Assembly (NCBI GenBank): GCA_000175855.1
Contig: ACYB01000036.1
Span: 1-32,000, forward strand
Direction: 5' to 3'
Source: Raphidiopsis brookii D9
GTDB taxonomy: Bacteria; Cyanobacteriota; Cyanobacteriia; Cyanobacteriales; Nostocaceae
Length of the DNA stretch: 32,000 nucleotides
Notes under the pieces: generated by a model
What the model saw: the letters and a program-made list of their open reading frames with translations, nothing else
What the model was told of the DNA's origin: nothing
Databases searched by the model: none
Position numbers and translations under genes: made by a program
In this document: piece after piece, positions 1-7,990 of the stretch
Position numbering within the stretch: the first letter of the stretch is position 1
Layout of the letters: the number at the start of each line of letters is the position of its first letter

Positions 1-2203
1 TAAAACATTTTTGTACATTTTTCTTGGGGGTAAAAGGGAATTCCCAATTTTTTGGTCATCGTCAAAAGGACAATCCACATCCAAACCTGTATCAACAATT
101 TTCTTGCAAATTCCCTCTTTTAAAACATAGTTTTTTTGTGGGTCTTCTCGATATTCGGCGATGAGATCTCGTAAACTTACTAATTCCTTATATAGACCTG
201 CTCGACCATAAGGTGGCACATTATGAGAAATCAACACCCCATAACCACGACGTTTAGCCAAAATTGATTCGGAGGGATTATTAGCAGCATAGATATATAA
301 ATTTGGTAAATTTCCTAAAAGAATATCTGACCAAGAATAACCCGTATTCCCTAAAGGAGAACCTGGTAACCATTCCACCGTACCATGCATACCAAAATGC
401 ACCACCGCATCCGCTTGAAATTCATTTTGTAACCATTTATAATATGCTGCATATTGGGGATGGGGTGTTAGGTCTCTTTCGAACATTAACCGCATGGGAT
501 CCCCTTGAATCCCTAAAGGTGGTTGAATGCCAATCCAAATATTTCCTAATTGCACACCACCAATATGTAATTCATCTCCATAGGTTTTAATTCCTGCACC
601 GGTCAAAGATTGCCATTGTTTTTCAATTCGGGAAGTGCGAAGATAACCTAACCACTTTTCTAAGGTTTTGACATTCACTGTATTAGTTTTAGTGGGGAAG
701 GGTTTATTTTTTTCCCAGGTTTCCAATTCTTCATCTACCACTTTTACTTGTCTAATTAACTCTTCTCCATCTTGGGGAATTTCACCCACTGTATAACCCT
801 GCTCTTTGAGTGCATGAAGTAGTTTAATCAAACTGCGAGGAACATTTAATAATGCAGCAGTTCCTACCGCACCATAACCGGGAGGAAAACCATAAAGAAT
901 AATGGCAATTTTTCTTGCTGATGTTGGTTTTCGACTTAGAGCAACCCAGTTGCTCACCCTATCAATTAATCTTTGCACTCGCTCAGGTACTAAGTATATA
1001 TTTTCCCCCACTAGTCCACCTAGGGGAACTGTGTCAATTGCTCCATCTAGTTCCGGTAAGGCATATAAAACTACACTTTGTAAACCTCCAATGCCTTGAC
1101 GAGTCCAAGAGTAAATATCTTGAATTAGTAGGGGTGCAGCTACAATGTAGGGGATGTTCTTAGCCATAAGAATACGTTTGGCCACTTCTACTTGTCTTCC
1201 CGCTTCCATGGAACCAGCTGGTCCACCCACTAGGGGAAATCCAATGGTGGAAACTAGGATATCCACTTTTACTGCTTCGGTAGATAGTGAGGGTGTTTCT
1301 ATATTTCCCTTTTGTCTCTCTTTCCTTTCATAATCCGTTGTCATCCAATCACGAACCGCCACATGACCCTCTACACCGTTAATGAAAATAGGTAGGGGAA
1401 TTAAACCTGAATTTTCAAATTTTTTAATTAGTTGAGGAATATAATTTTGTTTAGTAATAACGTGCTTTCTATACAGTAAGATGGCAACAACAGGTTTTTC
1501 TTGGATGTGTCCATCCCCCCTCCCCCCATACCATTCTAGATATGCTCTCGCTGACAGAAAAAAACCTGGGTAGTCTGGGTGTAATAAACCCATATTAGGT
1601 GTTTCTATAGGTTCGGGAATATTCTCTACTTTCAAACCTAAATATTTTTCCGCCAGGATCCAAAATAAAAGCTGCTACATTTTCCTTCCCACCCGCATTC
1701 CAGTAACCGTAGATAATTAACCAATTGCGCAGATCTTGAACTTTTTGTACGGGGACAAATTTTAATAGTTTGGGCCCTAGCTTGAGGAAACTAATATAAC
1801 CAGCAAGTTTGTCTTCTTCTTTACCATTGCTGAATTTATCCAGGATGAACTTAATTGGTTTTGGCATCCCCGCAGGTTTGTCACCTATGGAAAACTTACC
1901 TATTTGGGTCAAACTCATTAATTCTAACGCTGACTCAAAAACTAGTCGGATGGGAATATGACTAACATGCTCCCTTAACCACAAAACTTGATCATAGTCA
2001 AAAATTAAACTGCCAAAAAATACATCCGCATTTTTAAGTGCATTTTTAATCTCTTCTTGGTTTGTACTAATATTGCGATCGCTAAATACATGAATATCTA
2101 GATCAGAACAGCGAGAACTAGCCAAAAGAGCTGCTTTTCTGTATAAGTCAGCATTAAAAGATTCAAACCCAGCAATTAAGACAATCCGTTTCATGCTATC
2201 CAA
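1..2203 (-). pseudogene. CobN/Mg-chelatase subunit H family protein (BchH/ChlH-like paralog). The 3' end runs off the window and the reading frame is broken once.
   Basis: ORF 1595..2203 (MKRIVLIAGFESFNADLYRKAA...WNAGGKENVAAF) stops at 1595-1597. A second frame on the same strand is open from 1674 down to base 1. It reads LAEKYLGLKVENIPEPIETPNMGLLHPDYPG...STIGFPLVGGPAG...VVHFGMHGTVEWLPGSPLGN...IYAANNPSESILAKRRGYG, which is the continuation of the same chelatase family. The frame switch must lie within 1598..1674. Confidence 0.8.
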
Positions 2204-2323
2204 ACTCTTATATTTATTAAATATTTACCTTGATCTTAAACATTCTTAGCTGGTTTCGGGAGAATATCTATCATGGGAGTGAGTTATATTGGATTAGTTG
2301 AACCACTAATCTTATCATAATTC

Positions 2324-3283
2324 ATGAAATTTGGCATTGATATAGGTCATAATTGCCCTCCAGACACCGGAGCTGCAGGTATTAGGTCGGAAGACAAATT
2401 AACCATGGAAGTGGGCAATAAAGTTATCTCTAAGTTAAGAGGTTTAGGTCATCAGGTGATATCTTGCAAACCCGATAGCGCTTCTTCTGTGAGTCAGTCT
2501 CTGGGTAAACGTTGTGATACTGCTAACCGTAATAGAGTTGATGTTTTTGCTTCTATTCATTTTAATGCCTTTAATGGAAAAGCAAATGGCACAGAAGTAC
2601 TTGCTGCAAGTGATGCGGGAAGAAAAATTGCCCAATCCATAGTGAATGAAATTATTAGTTTAGGGTTTTTTAACCGTGGCGTTAAAAATGGATCTCATTT
2701 GTATGTACTGAGAAATACTAATATGACAAGTGTTCTCATAGAATGTTGCTTTGTAGATTCAGCTAAAGATATGCAGCTCTATGACGGGGAAGCAATGGCT
2801 AATGCTATTGTTAAAGGGTTAACTGGCAAACTACCAACCACTCCTGTAAAACCAGTGGAAGATGTAACTGGTGATCAGGATACGAAGGAGAATAAGGATA
2901 CTAGTATTTTGAGACTACAAAAAGCGCTCAATCAACTAAAAATTACTGATAGAAATAATCGGCCATTGACAGAAGATAACTTTACAGGACCTGCGACAAG
3001 TTCTGCTGTAGAAAAGTTTCAAAGAGTTGTGGGTATTATTCCTACAGGAATGGCGACTCAAACTACCTGGGATGCCATCAATCAGATATTGGCAAAACGA
3101 ACGGTTCAGGGGAATCAAACTAGTGGTCCAATTATGAGATATTTACAATATCGTGTGGGTACAACGCCCGATGGTATTTATGGGAGACAAACAGAAGCAG
3201 CAATTAAGAGATATCAACAGCAGAATGGTTTAACCGCTGATGGAATTATTGGTCCTGCAACTTGGGGTAAGTTACTAGGGTAG
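2324..3283 (+). CDS. N-acetylmuramoyl-L-alanine amidase (Amidase_3 catalytic domain) with two C-terminal peptidoglycan-binding (PG_binding_1-like) repeats
   Basis: 319-aa ORF. The N-terminus GIDIGHNCPPDTGAAG...SIHFNAFNGKANGTEVL...ECCFVDS fits the zinc amidase_3 pattern. The C-terminus has two repeats of the type LQ.aLn...G..tDGifGp.T..Av..FQ (…FTGPATSSAVEKFQ… and …PDGIYGRQTEAAIKRYQQQNGLTADGIIGPATWGKL). Confidence 0.85.
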   Translation: MKFGIDIGHNCPPDTGAAGIRSEDKLTMEVGNKVISKLRGLGHQVISCKPDSASSVSQSLGKRCDTANRNRVDVFASIHFNAFNGKANGTEVLAASDAGRKIAQSIVNEIISLGFFNRGVKNGSHLYVLRNTNMTSVLIECCFVDSAKDMQLYDGEAMANAIVKGLTGKLPTTPVKPVEDVTGDQDTKENKDTSILRLQKALNQLKITDRNNRPLTEDNFTGPATSSAVEKFQRVVGIIPTGMATQTTWDAINQILAKRTVQGNQTSGPIMRYLQYRVGTTPDGIYGRQTEAAIKRYQQQNGLTADGIIGPATWGKLLG

Positions 3284-3324
3284 GGATTGATAGAAGTTAC
3301 CTGATTAGTTTAGTATAGGACTTA

Positions 3325-4107
3325 TCAGGTAATAATTCTCACTTCTCCCATGCCCATGGTTGTTTTGCGACCAATACCGGAAAAAAGGGCAAATTTGGCT
3401 AAAATATTAGCTATACGAGCTTGTTGCAGATCTGGAAAAAAATATTTAACCCAGCCCACACAACCTATTTCTCTACGGCTTTCTGTAGAGCTGTTAATTT
3501 TTAAAAACTGGGTTTTTAAATCAAAAGCTAAAGCTAAACTTTGCCATTGAATAGAAGAAAAATGTAGCTCTGGGGGTGCAAAATAGTTCCAACGATGTAG
3601 TAGGGTGTTAAATACCAAGTCTGGTAAAGGGAAAGGTTGAATATTACGATGATGCTGTAAACTAGTGGGAGAAATAAAATTTAGCACGATCTCAGAATTA
3701 AAATTAGCAATATTTGCCAAACTCTCATAATTAGAAATATTGACTAAATTATGAGAATTAGGTACAGTATAAATCCCACGAATGATAAAGGGGAAATTAT
3801 CCAAATAAATAGATGGAGTTTGATACATTTCTATGCCTTGTAACAAAGATTGTATTAAATTACCATTTAACAGAGAAATACGAATCAAAAATCTATCCCC
3901 TAATCTTGTACCATCCTTACGCCGATACCCAATGAGTCCAGATAAACTAAATGATGATTCTTGACTATTGGAAACTGATTCAGCTAGATAGGAATTGCCT
4001 ATACTTAACCACTCTATAAATTGAGCATAAATTGCCTGATTTAGTCTTGTAGGAATGGGTTTTTCACTTGCAGCGCCCAGTTCAATAATTAAACTTTGTA
4101 GAAGCAT
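3325..4107 (-). CDS. cas6: CRISPR-associated Cas6 family protein (type I-D context)
   Basis: 260-aa ORF, last gene of a three-gene operon. It has the C-terminal glycine-rich loop FSGIGRKTTMGMGEV (GxGxxxxxGxG) typical of Cas6, and an N-terminal SFSLSGL segment like the Cas6 pFtlS.L motif. It starts 4 nt after the cas5 stop. No profile search was possible. Confidence 0.72.
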   Translation of the reverse strand: MLLQSLIIELGAASEKPIPTRLNQAIYAQFIEWLSIGNSYLAESVSNSQESSFSLSGLIGYRRKDGTRLGDRFLIRISLLNGNLIQSLLQGIEMYQTPSIYLDNFPFIIRGIYTVPNSHNLVNISNYESLANIANFNSEIVLNFISPTSLQHHRNIQPFPLPDLVFNTLLHRWNYFAPPELHFSSIQWQSLALAFDLKTQFLKINSSTESRREIGCVGWVKYFFPDLQQARIANILAKFALFSGIGRKTTMGMGEVRIIT

Positions 4108-4111
4108 ATTC

Positions 4112-4780
4112 TTAGATCAATATCCCTGTGCTTGCACCATAACCAACTCTCCTAGGTAAGCAGGTTTGATCTGGTAATTGATAGTAATCTCCCGTTAATT
4201 GTGCTTGGCTTAACAAGCTGGAGGGTGACATAAAAATCCTATTATAAAGTAATAATTTGGTGGTTCGAGATAAATCTATGGGGTTCAAAGGATGTTTACT
4301 AACATATTCTCCGGATTTTTGTTTGAAGTCTGAGATAATGCTGGTTTCAACTTTAATTTTTGCTGACCATTTACCCAGTCTAATCCAGTGGGGAATTGTA
4401 ATTTCGTGGGGAGCAAAAACATAGGTTTTAAAGTGACTACCCACCGCTAATTCTTTAACATTGCTATACTGATGATAACAAGGAATTTGGGCAACGGTGT
4501 TAATTTGATATGACCAGGTAATTGGTAAAGCAGGAAAGACATAAATTCCAGCCTGATTTAGATGAAAAAGACTTTGCTCTTGATTGGTATCTAAATAAGT
4601 AAGTTCTGGAACTATTTTACCTGGAAGACGGTAAGAACGAGGAATATAATCTGTTTCAAAAAAGGCAAAACTCAATGCCCAATTGTGCAAATATTTCTCG
4701 GTTTCATACAGAGTACCAATTTCACGATTGGCAAGAAATACATTATCATGTAATCTTAAATCACATTGATAAATCATCAT
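4112..4780 (-). CDS. cas5: Type I-D Cas5 (Csc1-like)
   Basis: 222-aa ORF. The N-terminus MMIYQCDLRLHDNVFLANREIGTLYETEKYLHNWALSFAF matches the Csc1/Cas5d signature as I recall it. It sits between the csc2-like and cas6 genes, as in type I-D operons. Confidence 0.72.
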   Translation of the reverse strand: MMIYQCDLRLHDNVFLANREIGTLYETEKYLHNWALSFAFFETDYIPRSYRLPGKIVPELTYLDTNQEQSLFHLNQAGIYVFPALPITWSYQINTVAQIPCYHQYSNVKELAVGSHFKTYVFAPHEITIPHWIRLGKWSAKIKVETSIISDFKQKSGEYVSKHPLNPIDLSRTTKLLLYNRIFMSPSSLLSQAQLTGDYYQLPDQTCLPRRVGYGASTGILI

Positions 4781-4795
4781 AAATTTACTTGAGGT

Positions 4796-5767
4796 TTACG
4801 AGATGTTAATTAATTGATAGTTGCTACTATCTAGACTAATAAAATTTCTTTTTCTAAAAGGTAGATTGGGGATGATTTCTTTGCTTCTTGAAGACCAAGA
4901 ATCACCATAGATTTGAGCATAAATTTTGGTCTGTTGACAAAGTGTGGTCATCACAGTTTTTAATTTGGTCCTATCTTGATAAAGGATGGAAACTTCTGTT
5001 AATAGGTTTATTAATTGTGATCCTGTAATTATCCTAGTCTTGGTTACTGGTTCTTGATTTAAGAGGTTATTGCTCACTTCCGTAGCTTTGGTAATTAGGT
5101 CTGCCAAGGAAGCATTAAGGTTTGATTTCAAAACATCATATAATGCTTGAGTAAAATGAAGATTACTGAATATTTCACCATCACACAATACAATACCAAT
5201 TACATGATTAGACATTCCTATCTGAGGAGAGGTATGCAATAAATTGCCCAAAACATATAAGAAACTTTCAAAAGTAGGATCACACAAGGTTGCTACCGTA
5301 GGAAAGGTAATTTCAGCAATCACATCATTTGATTTAGCGTCACCAAGAGAAAAAGCTGAGTCTGAGTAGACTTTTGCCAGCTCTAGTCCACCTTCATTAC
5401 TAGCAAATCCGTAAATAATACAATTTGGGCATTGTTTACAACAGTTTTCACCATTGTATTCACAAAATTTATCTTTATCCTTGGGGTTATCACTAGCTAA
5501 ACCAAGGGAAAACAATAATTCCCTTCCTACTAATCTTGCTGATGTGGTTTGTTGATGCTTGGGCATTACTAGTCTATTAATCACATCACTAGTTTGTATT
5601 CCTGCTTGTGTGCGTACTGTATTTAACACTCCATCAGGTTGTAATATAGGAAAGCATTGACTATGACGCAACATTACAAAATGGACATATTTACCAGACG
5701 CTAAACGGGGTAAAGCTGTGGAAAATTCTGGTTTGATACTGTCTAAAAAACCATCTGAAAAACTCAT
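4796..5767 (-). CDS. cas7: Type I-D Cas7 (Csc2-like backbone subunit)
   Basis: 323-aa ORF. GKYVHFVMLRHSQCFPILQPDG and the Cys cluster CEYNGENCCKQCPNCIIYGFA resemble the Csc2/Cas7d family. It is the first gene of the cas7-cas5-cas6 operon, with 15-nt and 4-nt intergenic gaps. Confidence 0.72.
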   Translation of the reverse strand: MSFSDGFLDSIKPEFSTALPRLASGKYVHFVMLRHSQCFPILQPDGVLNTVRTQAGIQTSDVINRLVMPKHQQTTSARLVGRELLFSLGLASDNPKDKDKFCEYNGENCCKQCPNCIIYGFASNEGGLELAKVYSDSAFSLGDAKSNDVIAEITFPTVATLCDPTFESFLYVLGNLLHTSPQIGMSNHVIGIVLCDGEIFSNLHFTQALYDVLKSNLNASLADLITKATEVSNNLLNQEPVTKTRIITGSQLINLLTEVSILYQDRTKLKTVMTTLCQQTKIYAQIYGDSWSSRSKEIIPNLPFRKRNFISLDSSNYQLINIS

Positions 5768-6126
5768 CTTTTTGAATCCTTAGTGCTTCTTGACTTTGCA
5801 AACATGCAAATACATCGCAAACTCGTACTCTCCGTCTGGTTTTGAGTATAGGAGCAGTAAATAAATTTTCATTGTAGGGTAAGTGTTTACTCTAGGTATT
5901 TACTTGATGCAACTAATCTAATACTTCCTGATTGGGAGTTGTTATCAAAAAATGACCACATCTCAAAAATTTTTGGGTTTATGGATTAGAAAAATAATGT
6001 TAATTGACATCGTCAAATCAAAACTTTGTTTAACATACAAAAATAGTTTTTAAAAACAAGTGGTAATAAATCCTGAAATTAAGATGTATAATTAGTTCTG
6101 AATAAACATTGTCTATTCCAGTCAAG

Positions 6127-7042
6127 ATGTCATCAAAGAATGCTAGTCCATGGAATCAAATAGGATTCGCACTAGAAATATTGAGACTCCTCGCACAAAA
6201 ATACCCAAAAAAAATCAGAATTAATGCTACTGCTAGGGGAACGGGGTTTTGCAGATGGGGATCTAGGACAAAAGATCACCCGCACCATAACTAAGTTGAG
6301 GAGTTGTGGTTTTGAAATTAAATCAGCGCCAAACCAACCATATAAACTGGTGACATCAGATTTCCCCGTAATTATAACAGAAGAACAACGACAAGCTTTA
6401 GCTATGGCATGTGAATTACTAGCAAGTCTGGGGTTTTCTGCGGAGGCGGGACATATTTACAGAATTGCTAACTCGGAAAATCGCATATCCCACAAACTGA
6501 CAACGGATTTTCACCCACCCACGAATTATAGTGAAGATAAGATTCAGGAAGTAGTACAGGATCTACAAAATCGGATTGGGAAAAAGCGTCGATTTGTTGT
6601 TTGGTATAGAAGCAGAAATGGTAATGATAAACAGTGGGACTTAGACAAGTCGGAATTAAGACTACATAACGGAGTCCTTTATTTATTTAGTATAGTTCCC
6701 AGTTTTATTGGTCAACATATTCACAAGACACCTAATCCAGAGCAGAATTGCACTTTAAGGGTAGACCGTATTGCTAGGGTGGGTTCTTCTTCCCAAATAC
6801 CTTGGACTTACACTAAATTTCCCACTTTGAAAATTCAGTATCGTCTAACAGGGAATTTAGCCAGCTATAAACCGCGTCGTCCCCACGAAAAAATTATTTC
6901 TCCTCCTGATAAGACGGAGCATGTTGATATTGAAACCCAAGAAGATTGTATTTTCTGGTTTCATCAAAGAATTTTACAATATGGCGCTAATGCTAGAGTT
7001 TTACAACCAGATTGGTTAGTAAAATGGTGGTGGAAAGTTTAA
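6127..7042 (+). pseudogene. HTH-WYL-WCX domain transcriptional regulator, divergent from the cas operon. The N-terminal HTH is split from the body by a frameshift in an A8 tract.
   Basis: ORF 6109..6294 encodes MSSKNASPWNQIGFALEILRLLAQKYPKK and then goes out of frame. ORF 6224..7042 continues MLLLGERGFADGDLGQKITRTITKLRSCGFEI (rest of the HTH), then a WYL core (RFVVWYRSRNG...LRLHNGVLYLFSIVP...LRVDRIARV) and a WCX-like end (FWFHQRILQYGANARVLQPDWLV). Removing one A from A8 (6207..6214) fuses the two as ...AQKYPKKSELMLLLGERGF... Confidence 0.75.
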
Positions 7043-7076
7043 ATAAGGCACATAGTAATTATCAATATCAGGTCAC

Positions 7077-7107
7077 GGGGAATAGGTAGCCATATTTCCT
7101 ATTCCCC
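7077..7107. terminator. Perfect 10-bp stem hairpin between convergent genes (candidate bidirectional terminator)
   Basis: GGGGAATAGG (7077..7086), an 11-nt loop, then CCTATTCCCC (7098..7107). It lies between the WYL gene stop (7042) and the stop of the minus-strand HPF-CSD gene (7127). Confidence 0.4.
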
Positions 7108-7126
7108 ATTTGCAATCCCTAAAACT

Positions 7127-7696
7127 TCAACGTTTATCTACTACTTGAATGGTTGTTGCTTGTGGTCCTTGCTCTCCCTCTTCTTGGGAAAAATGAACAC
7201 AAGCACCTAGTTTTAATTGATTAAAATCTTGATGTAAAACACTATTTTTATGAAAGTATATTTCCCTCCCATCTAGGGCTTGTAAAAATCCATATCCATC
7301 TTCTTTAAATAGTTTTGTGATAAAACCTGTACTCCCCCGTGTTTCTTCATCTCTATCATATTGCTCACTCGCACGTTGCATTTGGGTAAGTTTAGATAGT
7401 TGATGAACCATGGCATCAAAAGTCTGCCTAATTACTGCATCCAGTGGTTCATATCGAATACTCTCACCGGGATTTTTTTCTGCTACTAGTTCATGACCAG
7501 GAGGAACAGTTAGATCAATTCTTACCCGATAGGGAGAACCGCTCCGAGGACGATCATGGCTTTTTTCTATGGCAATATGACAGCTATTAATGTAATTACA
7601 AATATTTTCCAATTTGGCTATTTTCTCCCGAACCAATTTATCAATTATCTGGGATTTATCTAGGTTACGATAGGTGATTTCTGGTGCAATCTTCAT
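7127..7696 (-). CDS. HPF/RaiA (S30AE) family ribosome-associated domain fused to a C-terminal cold-shock domain
   Basis: 189-aa ORF. The N-terminal ~100 aa (ITYRNLDKSQIIDKLVREKIAKLE...YRVRIDLTVPPGHELVAEK...DAVIRQTFDAM) are HPF/RaiA-like. The C-terminus GFITKLFKEDGYGFLQALDGREIYFHKNSVL...GACVHFSQEEGEQGPQATTIQVV is a CspA-type OB fold. Confidence 0.7.
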   Translation of the reverse strand: MKIAPEITYRNLDKSQIIDKLVREKIAKLENICNYINSCHIAIEKSHDRPRSGSPYRVRIDLTVPPGHELVAEKNPGESIRYEPLDAVIRQTFDAMVHQLSKLTQMQRASEQYDRDEETRGSTGFITKLFKEDGYGFLQALDGREIYFHKNSVLHQDFNQLKLGACVHFSQEEGEQGPQATTIQVVDKR

Positions 7697-7990
7697 ACTT
7701 TTATCATCCTAACATGTCAAACACCCACTATAGATCTACTTAGTATGATTTCAATCATACCCAGGAAGGAATCTTTACCATTTCTTCTCTACTCAAATGG
7801 AGATCCTAATTTAAATAGGTAATTCCAAGATCCCACCTTTAAGTACCTCCCCGGGAAGAACTATATCTATCATTAGTATATTATTAGTAATGGTTAGTCT
7901 ATTATCACTCCTAAAATGCTAACATACCCTAATGTCAGTACGACTGAAATTTTTCGGTCATGATCACATCAGATCATTAGGAATAATCAA

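Noticed and set aside
303-1163. Plus-strand ORFs 303..590, 902..1099 and 915..1163.
   Set aside because: They lie antisense to the clearly conserved chelatase reading frame and have low-complexity, non-conserved sequences. They are shadow ORFs.
3284-6126. Searched the flanks of the cas7-cas5-cas6 operon (3284..3324 and 5768..6126) for a CRISPR array, a solitary repeat or a leader.
   Set aside because: There are no direct repeats of 25-40 nt and no GAAAC-type repeat ends. Only short palindromes and 9-10-nt motifs are present, so no CRISPR feature is reported in this window.
3325-7042. CRISPR-associated transposon (CAST) interpretation of the minimal Cascade.
   Set aside because: No tnsA/B/C, tniQ, transposon ends or attachment-site genes occur anywhere in the 32 kb. 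The flanking genes are ordinary chromosomal genes.
3284-7126. Absence of HIP1 sites across the cas/WYL island as evidence for horizontal acquisition.
   Set aside because: The HIP1-free gap (2082 to 8387, about 6.3 kb) is matched by an even longer HIP1-free stretch (8394 to 16939) that covers core genes (ilvD, lipA, gpsA, the sigma factor gene, fur). The depletion is therefore not informative.
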